Shown in pieces: positions 12,144 to 21,857 of a DNA stretch of 64,000 nt (its first letter is position 1; the number at the start of each line of letters is the position of its first letter). The position numbers were made by a program, and so were the translations under genes. The notes beneath the pieces were generated by a model. That model was not told where the DNA came from, did not search any database, and saw only the letters and a program-made list of their open reading frames with translations. This DNA comes from Eledone cirrhosa (Eukaryota): the NCBI GenBank assembly GCA_964016885.1, contig OZ024743.1, positions 223,200,001 to 223,264,000 of the forward strand, given 5' to 3'.

Positions 12144-14909
12144 TCAGGTGTAGTTTTGGCGTATTTCGGGAAGCATGAGTGTCTTAAAGGATGCAGTGTC
12201 TCGGCAGCTAACAATTGACGCAGGCAGTTTGTTCCATGTTTCAGCAACTCTGAGCGTGAAAAAATGTCTGCGAAAATCATGGGAGCTGTGCTGTTTTCTT
12301 ATCTTGTAGGCATGTCCACGTGTGTTAGATACATGGAGATCAAAGAGGCGCTCAGGGTTGCAGTTGGCGAGATGGTTAAAAACTTTGTGGGTATTCACCA
12401 AGTCCACTGCCAGACGTCGGAGCTTCAATGAATCCATGCCCAGGGAAGCAAGGCGTTCAGAGTATGGTAGGTGTCTGATGGAGGGTATGCGCTTGGTTGC
12501 ACGTCTCTGAACAGTTTCCAGGAGGTCAATGTTCCGAGCAAGATAGGGGTTCCAGACTGATGATGCGAATTCCAAGTGTGGTCGCACCATAGCTGTATAC
12601 AGTTTTAAATAGATGGCTGGAGAGCGGCTAACAAAGGTCTTGCTGAGTGATGCCAAGACACCCTCGGCCTTCTTGACAATCTTAGAGACATGCTTTGTCC
12701 AACGCAAATCGTTGCTGACAGTAATGCCCAGGTCACGTTCACAAGAGGACTTTTTGATGTCAGTGTTGTGGAGGGAGTATGTGGACGCTGGATTTTTCCT
12801 TCCAAAATGCATGGTGGTACACTTGTCCACAGCCAGCTTCAGTTGCCAGTCTGTGATCCATTGCTGCATTGTGTCCAGGTCTGATTGTAGGAAAGAGTTG
12901 TAAATTTCAGGATCAGTCCTTTTGGTTTCAAGGTACAGCTTGATGTCATCTGCATATTTTAGTACCGTGGCATTCTGTAAGTTGGCATCTATGTCATTAA
13001 TATATGCCACAAACAAAAGAGGACCAAGAACAGATCCCTGTGGTACACCAGATGACATCTCATATGGTGAAGAATGCTGTCCTAGAACTGTGACTACTTC
13101 CTTTCGGCTGAGAATGAAGGATTTCAGCCAGTCGAAAAGATCATCTCTCACACCCATTGCAGAGAGTTTTGCCATAAGTCTTTTGTGTGGCACAGAATTA
13201 AAAGCCTTAGCAAAGTCAAGGTAAACAACATCCACCCATGAGCCGCTGTCAGTGATCCGGGTGATGTCCTCAAGGAACTCGATAAGCTGATCACAGCAGC
13301 TGGAGTTAGGGATAAATCCAAACTGTGAGGGCCGGATGAGGCTGTGAGAGCTCCAGAAGTTCCAAAGTGTTTCTCTGACACAGGATTCCATCAGTTTGGC
13401 CATACAGCTAGTAAGACTGACTGGACGATAGTTGACAGGTGACATGCGGTTGCCCTTTTTGAACAGGGGAATGACACTGGCAGTTTTCCACTGCTCTGGA
13501 GTAGCACCATTGCTGAGACAGTATTGAAAGAAAAAAGAAAGCTGGCGCAAAAGGAAATCCCCGCCACGTTTGAGAAGCAGGTATGTCACACCATCAAGAC
13601 CAGGGGAGGCATAGTTGCGCTTATTCTTAAGGTGACGTCGCAACATTGCAGGTGTAAATTCCATAGTTGTTATGGAATTTGATGTTAGAGATGGTGGAGA
13701 TGGTACATTCTGGTTTTCAACAGTAAAAATACTTGCATAGCACTCAGCAATGAGTTCTGCACATTCCTTGGGATCGTCAGTGATCTGGCTTGTGTGGGGA
13801 TTGCGAAGAGGACCAACTGGAGAGTGAGGTCTCTGCTTTGAATGAACATGTTTCCAGAACACCTTACTGTCGGGATTGGTTGCGATGCACTGTTCAAATT
13901 CAAGCACTGCCTTCTTTGTCACTTGCTTGAGATGGTTAGAAGATTTATTCCGCTTTTTTCTGTTGGCATCTGATCTATGCAGTTTATATTCCCGTTCAGC
14001 GTTCCGACGTTCTTTCCTGGCAAGTCGGACTGCTGAAGTTTCCCAGATTGCACTTTTGGGGTGGTTATTTTTCCGCTTCCGTGGCACTGATGCTGCACAC
14101 GCTATCCATATTGAGTCCAGGATGCTCTGGAGTATAGAGTTCACATCTCCAGAGTTATACATCTCATGCCAGTTTGGGCGCTGTAGCTCAGTGCAGTACA
14201 AGTTCCAATCTGCCCTCTTCCAATCAAAGCAAGCAGATTGGAGATGGCTCTGGTTTTTGTTGCTGCCCTCAAGTGCCAGATTGGCAATGATCATAGCATG
14301 ATCAGAGTCGCCTAGAGGTTCCTCAGTAGTACAACTGATAACCACTTCAGGAGTAGTGGTGAAGATCAGGTCCAAAGTGTTGTCACCTCTTGTTGGAGAG
14401 GTGACTACTTGTGACCAGTTTGAGTCCAGCACTAGTTCAAGGAAATCGTTTGCACCCTGTGGCCAACGAAAGGTTTCCCAATCGATCTCAGGATGATTGA
14501 AGTCACCTGCAATAAACACATAAGTGGCTGTTTTCTTGGCAGCAACTCTGAGGATATCGCAAAGCTGTGTGTCCTGATGGTAGTTTGGGGGGCGATAAAC
14601 AACACCAAGCAGAAGTGTTGACATGGTCATACGTATGTCACAGAAAAAAACTTCTTCCTGTGATTCGTTCAAATCAACGCAAGGAATTACCGAAAAGTTT
14701 GAACGAACGTAGACCATCACACCACCACCACGGCGGTTAATGCGGTCCTTGCGGAAAAGGTTGTACCCAGTAATGGTGAAAACCCCATCACAGAGTAAGG
14801 AATGTGCCCATGTTTCCGTGACTGTGATGAAGTCAGGGTCGATGCTTCTGACGTAGGATTCGAACAGATGTATCTTGTTGCATAAACTGCGAGCATTTAA
14901 GGACAACAA
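12144..14909 (-). CDS. LINE ORF2: apurinic endonuclease + reverse transcriptase (intact, no AUG start)
   Basis: 921 aa: NARSL, TETW, GDFN, LDLIF, SDH (APE); YRPVSLTS, QFGF, LDFAKAF, GVPQGSVLGP, YADD (RT); CR1-like C-terminus VRPHLEF..WNPY, NTRGH, RV..WNKLP. Confidence 0.93.
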   Translation of the reverse strand: MLSLNARSLCNKIHLFESYVRSIDPDFITVTETWAHSLLCDGVFTITGYNLFRKDRINRRGGGVMVYVRSNFSVIPCVDLNESQEEVFFCDIRMTMSTLLLGVVYRPPNYHQDTQLCDILRVAAKKTATYVFIAGDFNHPEIDWETFRWPQGANDFLELVLDSNWSQVVTSPTRGDNTLDLIFTTTPEVVISCTTEEPLGDSDHAMIIANLALEGSNKNQSHLQSACFDWKRADWNLYCTELQRPNWHEMYNSGDVNSILQSILDSIWIACAASVPRKRKNNHPKSAIWETSAVRLARKERRNAEREYKLHRSDANRKKRNKSSNHLKQVTKKAVLEFEQCIATNPDSKVFWKHVHSKQRPHSPVGPLRNPHTSQITDDPKECAELIAECYASIFTVENQNVPSPPSLTSNSITTMEFTPAMLRRHLKNKRNYASPGLDGVTYLLLKRGGDFLLRQLSFFFQYCLSNGATPEQWKTASVIPLFKKGNRMSPVNYRPVSLTSCMAKLMESCVRETLWNFWSSHSLIRPSQFGFIPNSSCCDQLIEFLEDITRITDSGSWVDVVYLDFAKAFNSVPHKRLMAKLSAMGVRDDLFDWLKSFILSRKEVVTVLGQHSSPYEMSSGVPQGSVLGPLLFVAYINDIDANLQNATVLKYADDIKLYLETKRTDPEIYNSFLQSDLDTMQQWITDWQLKLAVDKCTTMHFGRKNPASTYSLHNTDIKKSSCERDLGITVSNDLRWTKHVSKIVKKAEGVLASLSKTFVSRSPAIYLKLYTAMVRPHLEFASSVWNPYLARNIDLLETVQRRATKRIPSIRHLPYSERLASLGMDSLKLRRLAVDLVNTHKVFNHLANCNPERLFDLHVSNTRGHAYKIRKQHSSHDFRRHFFTLRVAETWNKLPASIVSCRDTASFKTLMLPEIRQNYT

Positions 14910-14965
14910 TTTGTACCCTGCTCGCAGTTTATGATGGTGTGTAGAGGGTGGCAGGTTGTTCTGGT

Positions 14966-15931
14966 TTAGTTTCCCAGAGTTGTAGCAGTTTTTACATTGC
15001 CAGTTATTGTGGGTAGATCACACTCAGACCAGCTGGTATCTCTCTTCCACGTTTCACCAGCCTTGACAAACCTCCAGATCTGCCCATCATCACGCAGACT
15101 GAAACTTTCATCTTGTGCTGAGTTCCGATTCAAGGAAGCTGCAGCACGTAGTTTTGGACGTACATGGGGTGGTAGGCCTGGGCGTGTTCGGAAGGTAATC
15201 CGATTTTCACGCCCAGCTTTAGCAGAGGCCAGATGATATGAGGTTGCCTCTGCGGGGTCCGAGAAAGACAGCCTGATGAGTCTGGGTTTTGGACCAGGTC
15301 GACCAAGGCGGAGGGCACCCTTTGGGGGAACACAGCCTAGGTCTTTGGCCGAGCTGGCAGCAAATGCCTGAAGATCGGCCTTGTCCTCTGGTACCCCAAT
15401 GGCAATCACTTCATGGGTAGCAGATTCCGCAGTCTTTTCAGTCTTTCCAGCAAGAGGTACAGGGAGATTCTTTAGCAAGGCATTCCGATAAGACCCCTCA
15501 TTGTGGGGTCCTACCCGAATGCTTGCCTCTATTCCTGCAACTTCCCTTCTCAGAGCAGAAATCATTAGTTGCAGTTCCGCAAAATCTGTACTGGTCGGTT
15601 GTTGTTGTTGTTGTTGTTGTTGCTGCTGCTGCTGTCGTTGTTGGTGATGATGTTCCTCCACGGGAATGGCAGGGGAGGACACAGTCGCAGGTTGTTGCTG
15701 TTGTTGTTGTTGTTGGTGATGATGATGTTCCTCCACGGGAATGGCAGGGGAGGACACAGTCGCAGGTTGTTGCTGTTGTTGTTGTTGGTGATGATGATGT
15801 TCCTCCACGGGAATGTTAGGGGAAGACACAGTCACCAGTTGTTGGTGTCGAGATGTACTGGGAGTGGAAGACATGGGTTGTTGTTGTTTCTGATGTTCTC
15901 CCACAGGAATAACAGTAGAAGCCAGTGTCAT
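14966..15931 (-). CDS. LINE ORF1: His/Gln repeats, coiled coil, RRM-like region
   Basis: 321 aa; repeats of TVSSPAIPVEEHHHHQn, heptads ELQLMISALRREVAGIEA, VIAIGVPE...RLG...PRLIRLSF as in LINE ORF1 RRM-like domains; ends GN*. Confidence 0.75.
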   Translation of the reverse strand: MTLASTVIPVGEHQKQQQPMSSTPSTSRHQQLVTVSSPNIPVEEHHHHQQQQQQQPATVSSPAIPVEEHHHHQQQQQQQQPATVSSPAIPVEEHHHQQRQQQQQQQQQQQQPTSTDFAELQLMISALRREVAGIEASIRVGPHNEGSYRNALLKNLPVPLAGKTEKTAESATHEVIAIGVPEDKADLQAFAASSAKDLGCVPPKGALRLGRPGPKPRLIRLSFSDPAEATSYHLASAKAGRENRITFRTRPGLPPHVRPKLRAAASLNRNSAQDESFSLRDDGQIWRFVKAGETWKRDTSWSECDLPTITGNVKTATTLGN

Positions 15932-17351
15932 AGGTTTTTGCGTTGTTCAGTAACAATGGTAGAGGAAGACACAGTCATTGGTTTCTGTTGTTGTTGTTGT
16001 TTTTCAATAACATTAATAACATTCGTGGAGGCAGGCACACAGGCCAACACAGTGTTAAGCTTCTTCTTCTTTGTCCATTTATCCCTGAGAGGGTCGTGGG
16101 GGAAGAGTCCTCAAACACTCGTTCCAGCGGGTTCTGTCGAAAGCAACCGTCTCCAACTGATCTGGCTGGATCCCCAAGCGAAATCTGTTTACCAAATCTT
16201 TTTATCTATTAAAATAATAAAAATATAAACCCTATCAGATTCGAGTTAAAGCTTACACAACAGATTTAAGTTAAATTTATAGAAGAACGTACCTCTCGAT
16301 TTCAGTGGGAAATACTTCCCCCCCCCCTCGTTTTTATTCATGTGATATCAACTAATCTGACATCTATGCTCGCAATCGACTTTTTTTTCACGGAACGGAG
16401 GGGCTCCACGAGTTTTCTCTACTTTTTTTCTTTTTTTTTGCGTGTCATCAACGAACTAGTCCGAAACGACTAGCTAGCTTTGTGGGGAAAAAAGGGAAAA
16501 GAGGACAAAAACCATCGGAAATTCGCAGATCTAAACCCCCCCCCCCCCCCCCCCCCCCCCCACCGTTTACGTTTGGTGGGAAATAATTATTTTTCCTCGT
16601 TTTTTTTTTTTTTTTTCGTGTGTTATCAATTAATCTGACCTCCGAACCTTCCTCAAAGGTCTTATTTTCCTTGGAAAACGGAGGGGGTGGAATGGGTTTT
16701 CCCTTCTCCCTCAGCCCGGGGCACCCCACCCTCTGTTTTCCGGAGAAAAAATCGATTGCGTGCGAGCATATCGGAGGTCAGATTAGTTGATAGCACACGT
16801 TAAAAAAACAAGACAAAAACAAGGAAAAAAAATTATTTCCCACTGAAATTGAGATGAGTGTTCTTGCGTGCTAGCATTGCTGGAGGTCAGATTAGTTGAT
16901 AGCATACGAGAAAAAAAAAAGAAGGAAAAAAAAGAGGAAAAAAATTATCTCCTACCGAAATCGAGAAGAGTGTTCTATAGTAATACCGAAGTTATTTTTT
17001 ATCAAGATCTAATGTGACATTGTGAACAGAGCATAGTTGAATGGTTAAGAAGTTTGCTTCGCAATCATAAGGTCTCAGGTTCGATCCAACTGCGCGACAT
17101 CTTGAGCAAGTGACATTTACCATAGCATCTGGTAGACCTAAGTCTTGTGATTGAAATTGGGTAGATGAAAATCACTTAGAAGCATGCTTGGGTGGACTGT
17201 ACCTGTAATTCAACTGTCTGCCGGGGCTGCGGGACGGCCAGCGCGTGGGTCCCCATTTGCCCATAAGAGTAAGAGATGGGGAGAGCAGAAGAGACGGAGA
17301 CAGTGTCAATGGGAGTTTAGTTCCTTTGTGTTCGAACCTGGTGTGTATATA

Positions 17352-18035
17352 TGTAGCGAAATCTATCCGCGCCCTGAACCTTGAGTGACACCTAAAGATC
17401 AAATTCTAGGTCAACACCCTTTTGGTGTGATCAAGTTCATGCGTGGGCTGTCCCCTCAGGTTGGGGAACAGGAAGTGACAGCTATATATAGATACATCGG
17501 AGCATTACACCTATAACAAACTATGTAAGGATTCACCACTATCAATAGACCCCATGAGGTCTACAGAAATACCCAGAGCGATTGGAGCCCTATTACTACA
17601 GAACACAAATGTGGAAGATTTACCACTGTCTGCAGGCCACGGTAGTTCACAGTTACGACAGACCACAACAGAGGTATACAAACCATCTCTCTCTCTCTCT
17701 TACTAACTACGGTCTCACAACTACTAACACGGACTCCAAATTCCAACAACAACAATAATTATCTGTCGCTCGCTGTTTTCACACCAACAACAACAGACTA
17801 CAACAGCCTCACATCAACAACAAAATAATATTGTCAATCTTTGCAACTTATGGTAACTTGTTTATTGTACCTTTTAATTGATTCACGTGAAGTAAACCGT
17901 ATATAACCAAATCATTTATTCTTTATATTCTCGTCATTACACATATTCTTATTATACTTGTTATTTCAACTATTATTCATGTTACCTCATCCAACATCTA
18001 ACTATTTCTAACTTCCATTTTAACCCTTCGTTAAA
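17352..18035 (+). mobile_element. Solo LTR
   Basis: Starts TGTAGCGAA, ends TTCGTTAAA (decayed TTCGCTACA), flanked by TATA/TATA; homologous to 21858-23063; orientation inferred from a TATA-like box. Confidence 0.6.
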
Positions 18036-18599
18036 TATATATATATTACATAGATATACAGATCTTAGCCACTAAAGATGGTATATTTTAAAACACATAC
18101 TATATTTCTTATATTTCTAAAATTGGATATTTCTTGACAAATGGCAGCAAACCCAACTTCACAATCACACACCAATGTTTGAATCTGTAGTATGTGCAAT
18201 CAATTATTCTCTGTCGGCAAATGAATGGAAATGATGAATATTAACAAAAAAAAATGTTCTCCAAGAATCAGCCTTGTCAAACAGTATCTTATGAAATACG
18301 TTAATGGCACACGTAAATTTAACGAACAGGCGTTCCATGGTTGATCTAACACTGGAATAGTCATCGCTGAAAGCGACGGATGTCCATTCCATAAATGTAC
18401 GAAAGGAAATTGCTTCAGTGTGTTTTTCTCTTTCCAACTTCCATTTTTTATTCCATCACTCTCTCATTCTCAACACTTTCTTATATACATATAATCAATT
18501 AATTATTGCTAGAAACCGTATAAATATACAATCAAACACACAAAAATATACAATTAAAGCAAGAGAAAAAAAACCATCAGTTCAACACAAGGGTCATGA

Positions 18600-18720
18600 A
18601 ATTTTTGAGGCAAGCCAACACGCTCGCAACATTACCGCGGGTGATGGCGAGGCTAAGGCGCTGAAATAACCAAGCATCCTCAAGGACATCACCTGACACC
18701 TCGGTAAGGTGAGTCGCTAA
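18600..18720 (-). mobile_element. CRE-like 3' fragment
   Basis: Similar to 26968-27080. Confidence 0.6.
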
Positions 18721-18721
18721 T

Positions 18722-18910
18722 AATTGTTTCTACTTTTGGCACAAGGCTAGCAATTATCCCAGTGTATTACTGGTACTTTATTTGATCGACCCTGTAAGGA
18801 TGAAAGGCAAAGTTAACCTCGGCGGGATTTGAACTCAGACCATAAAGGGCCGTAACTCTTTGCTGCAAAGCATGGCGTCCGACCCTCTACCGATACTGCC
18901 AATTCACCGA
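18722..18910 (-). mobile_element. tRNA-derived SINE, second family
   Basis: B box GAGTTCAAATCC then ctttgcctttcatcct..ggggtcgataaa..aagtaccag; copies at 9055-9440, 23170-23260, 25535-25975, 31660-31750, 44550-44660. Confidence 0.72.
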
Positions 18911-19189
18911 ATAATGACAAGAACTTCGCTGTCAACGGCCAATTCATCTCAATTATTTTTTCTCTTTCATCTTTCTACCTTTTATCTCTCTCTCGGCAAT
19001 ATCATATAATCCTTTTTTTTCCTCTCAACCATTTACCCCTCTCTTTCTTTTTGTAAATATCTACATTTAAATATTAATAAAAGTCTTGCTACCTCATTAT
19101 TTATTAAGTCAGTGAGTAGTGAAAAAAAATCGAAGTAAATAAAAAAGAAAACAAAAGCGATAGTTAAATACGAACCACAATCGGTGGTT

Positions 19190-20960
19190 CCTACCCTGGC
19201 GGGAATCGGCCTCCAGGTCAACTCGGCCAAGTCGGAGATGGTGAATGTCTGCCACGATGTTGAGAGCTTTGCAGCCTCCGTCTCGGACGTGTGGTCCATT
19301 CTCCACCAGGTACAGGTGACCCCCAAAGAGGATGTCCTCATCCTCGGGTAACCGATCCACCCGCCGGCCATCCGCTCCACCATCAGGTCCAGGCTTCAAC
19401 AACTCCAGACTCTCATGAGCCGACTGGGCTTGATCGACAGCCACCCAGCTCTCTTTCTGTTGAGGAACTGCTTCGCCATGCCGAAGCTCCTCTATACCCT
19501 TCGTAACGCTCCGTGCAACACCCACACATCTCTCCTCGCTGACCTCGATACTTGTATCCGAGCAGCAGCCGAGGAGATATGCAACGTCAAGTTTGACGAC
19601 ATTGGATGGCAACAGGCCACTTTACCTGTCAGGTATGGCGGCCTTGGCCTCCGGTCCCCGATCTCACTGGCTTTGACGGCGTATCTTTCGTCGCTAACCT
19701 CGTGCCGCATCCTCGTCAGCAGGGTTCTTCTAAACACAATAGAACCCTCTGTGTTCAGAGAACGCGAGGCTGCCTGTGAGACGTGGAACCGGCTGGGACT
19801 TAGCCCAGTAGATCTCCCTCCTCCTTCTCCCCCTGTTGACGTCAAGTCCCCCCCCCCCCAAAAAAAAAGCACTTGGGATGCCATCCAGTGCAGCCTGGCC
19901 TCAAACAGGCTCACGCAGTAGCTCGACCAGCACCGCCTTGCCTGTTTTCGTGCGGCCTCCAAACCCCACGGTGGTGCCTAGCTCCATGCCCTGTCCTCCT
20001 TCTCCACTGGCACGCAGCTAGACAACAATAGCCTGCGCATCGGCGTTTTCTTGAGGCTGGATCTGCAAGCCACACCAATGTCGCTGCGGATCCACTGTGG
20101 ACTCTTTCGGCCTCCACCCGCTTTCCTGTCGCCACAGTGCCGGCCGCCTTCCACGCCATGCTGCCCTCAACGAGGTCATAAAGCATGGCTTTGACGCTGC
20201 AGGCTTCCCTTTCCAGCTCGAGCCGGTGGGGTTGGACCGAGGGGACGGCAAAAGGCTAGATGGCATGACCATCTTCCCGTTCCGCGGTGGCAAACCGCTC
20301 TTCTGAGATACCACTTGCACCGACACTTTCTGCAGCCGCAACCTTGTGCAGTCTGCGACTAACCCGGATTATGCTGCATGTCGGGCTGAGGAGGCTAAAC
20401 TCCTCAATACCGGTCGCTCTCCGACAGGTTTGCGGTTGTACCCCTGGCAGTGGAGACTTCTGGTGTCCTCGGCCCCAGGGCTACCTCCCTACTCACTACC
20501 ATAGGCGCTGAGCTGGCTAGCCACAGGTGTGAGCCCCGCGAATTGGAGTGGATTTTCCAGCGCGTCTCTCTTGCCGTCCTCCGGGGAAACGCCTTCTCCA
20601 TTCTGACCACCGGGGCTGTGGGTGTGGGAGGGGGGGGGGGGGCATCGCGTATCATTCCATATTTAAGTATGGTCGACATTTTTCCCTTCTACCTATTAAT
20701 TCAGATACTTTTGTTACTGGAGCAGGTAGGCCTCGACCGTGGTGACGGAAAGCGCCCCAACGGAATTACCCTCTTCTCCTTCGAAGGAGGCAAATCCCTC
20801 ATCTGGGACGCGACATGCTGTGACAGGTTCTTCGCGCCCAGATAAGTAGCTTTAGTCACAAATCCATGTACCTCGGCTCGCAATGCATAGGATAGGAAGA
20901 CGAGCAAATATCGGAATTCCTCCGGTTGCCATTGAGACTTCAGGCGTCGTCGGATAGCTG
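19190..20960 (+). mobile_element. CRE-like (restriction-like endonuclease) non-LTR retrotransposon, degenerate
   Basis: ATLPVRYGGLGLR, DSFGLHPLSC...RH zinc knuckle, [37 protein letters not shown]; stops and frameshifts; second RLE fragment at 20716-20960. Confidence 0.85.
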
Positions 20961-20974
20961 ACCTACTCTTTAGA

Positions 20975-21600
20975 ATAATATAATATAATATAATGAATGA
21001 AATTATTGTGTACAGTGCTCAGGTGCACTACAATTCGTCAAAGGTGCATGTATAGTACATAGAATAATATACAAATGTCAGGGAAGTGAATAGTGTATGA
21101 GTCATGATATACATGTGTGCGTGTGTATGGAGGGGGGAATATAAGGTGTGGTGTTGGCGAATCTCAGGAAGCATGGAGGTTTTAAAGGATGCAGTGTCTC
21201 GACAGCTAATAACTGATGCAGGTTGTTTGTTCCATGCTTCAGCAACTCTGAGAGTGAAAAAATGTTTCCGAAAGTCATGGGAGCTGTGCTGTTTTCTGAC
21301 TTTGTGGGCACGCCCACGTGTGTTAGACACATGGAAATCCAAAAGGTACTCAGGGTTGTTGTTGGCAAGATGGTTAATAATTTTGTGGGTGTTTACCAAG
21401 TCAGTTGCCAGACGTCGGAGCCTCAATGTATCCATGCCCAGGGAAGCAAGGCGTTCAGAGTATGCTAGATGTCTGATAGAGGGTATTCGCTTGGTTGCAC
21501 GCACGTCTCTGAACAGTTTCCAGGCGGTCAATGTTCTGAGCAAGATATGGGTTCCAGACTGATGATGCGAATTCTAAGTGTGGCCGCACCATAGCTATAT
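20975..21600 (-). mobile_element. CR1-type LINE 3' fragment
   Basis: [12 protein letters not shown]...WNKQP, 3' UTR and tail. Confidence 0.88.
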
Positions 21601-21857
21601 AGGATCGATAGCAACCCGTCTGCGGAAGGAGCCCCGCGAAGTGGAATGGCTGTTGCAGCGAGTGACGCTGCCCAGCGTCCGCGGAAACACCACTCTGACC
21701 TAGGTGTAGAATCTGTCACCCTCTGCTTCCCCCCTTTCTTTCTTTCTTTGTCTAGTAGTCCTTATTCTTCCTCTCCTGTCCTCTCATGTATGACTTTCAT
21801 AGTCCTTTCCAATACTGTTTTCTTTTTCTGCATATTTAACCAATTCATAGTTATATC

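Larger units (their letters stand above)
11863..16200 (-). mobile_element. Near-full-length CR1-type LINE (ORF1 + APE/RT ORF2)
   Basis: ORF1 14966-15931, ORF2 12144-14909, 3' UTR with internal duplication and (TTA)n tail at about 11863-11883; 5' boundary approximate. Confidence 0.9.
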
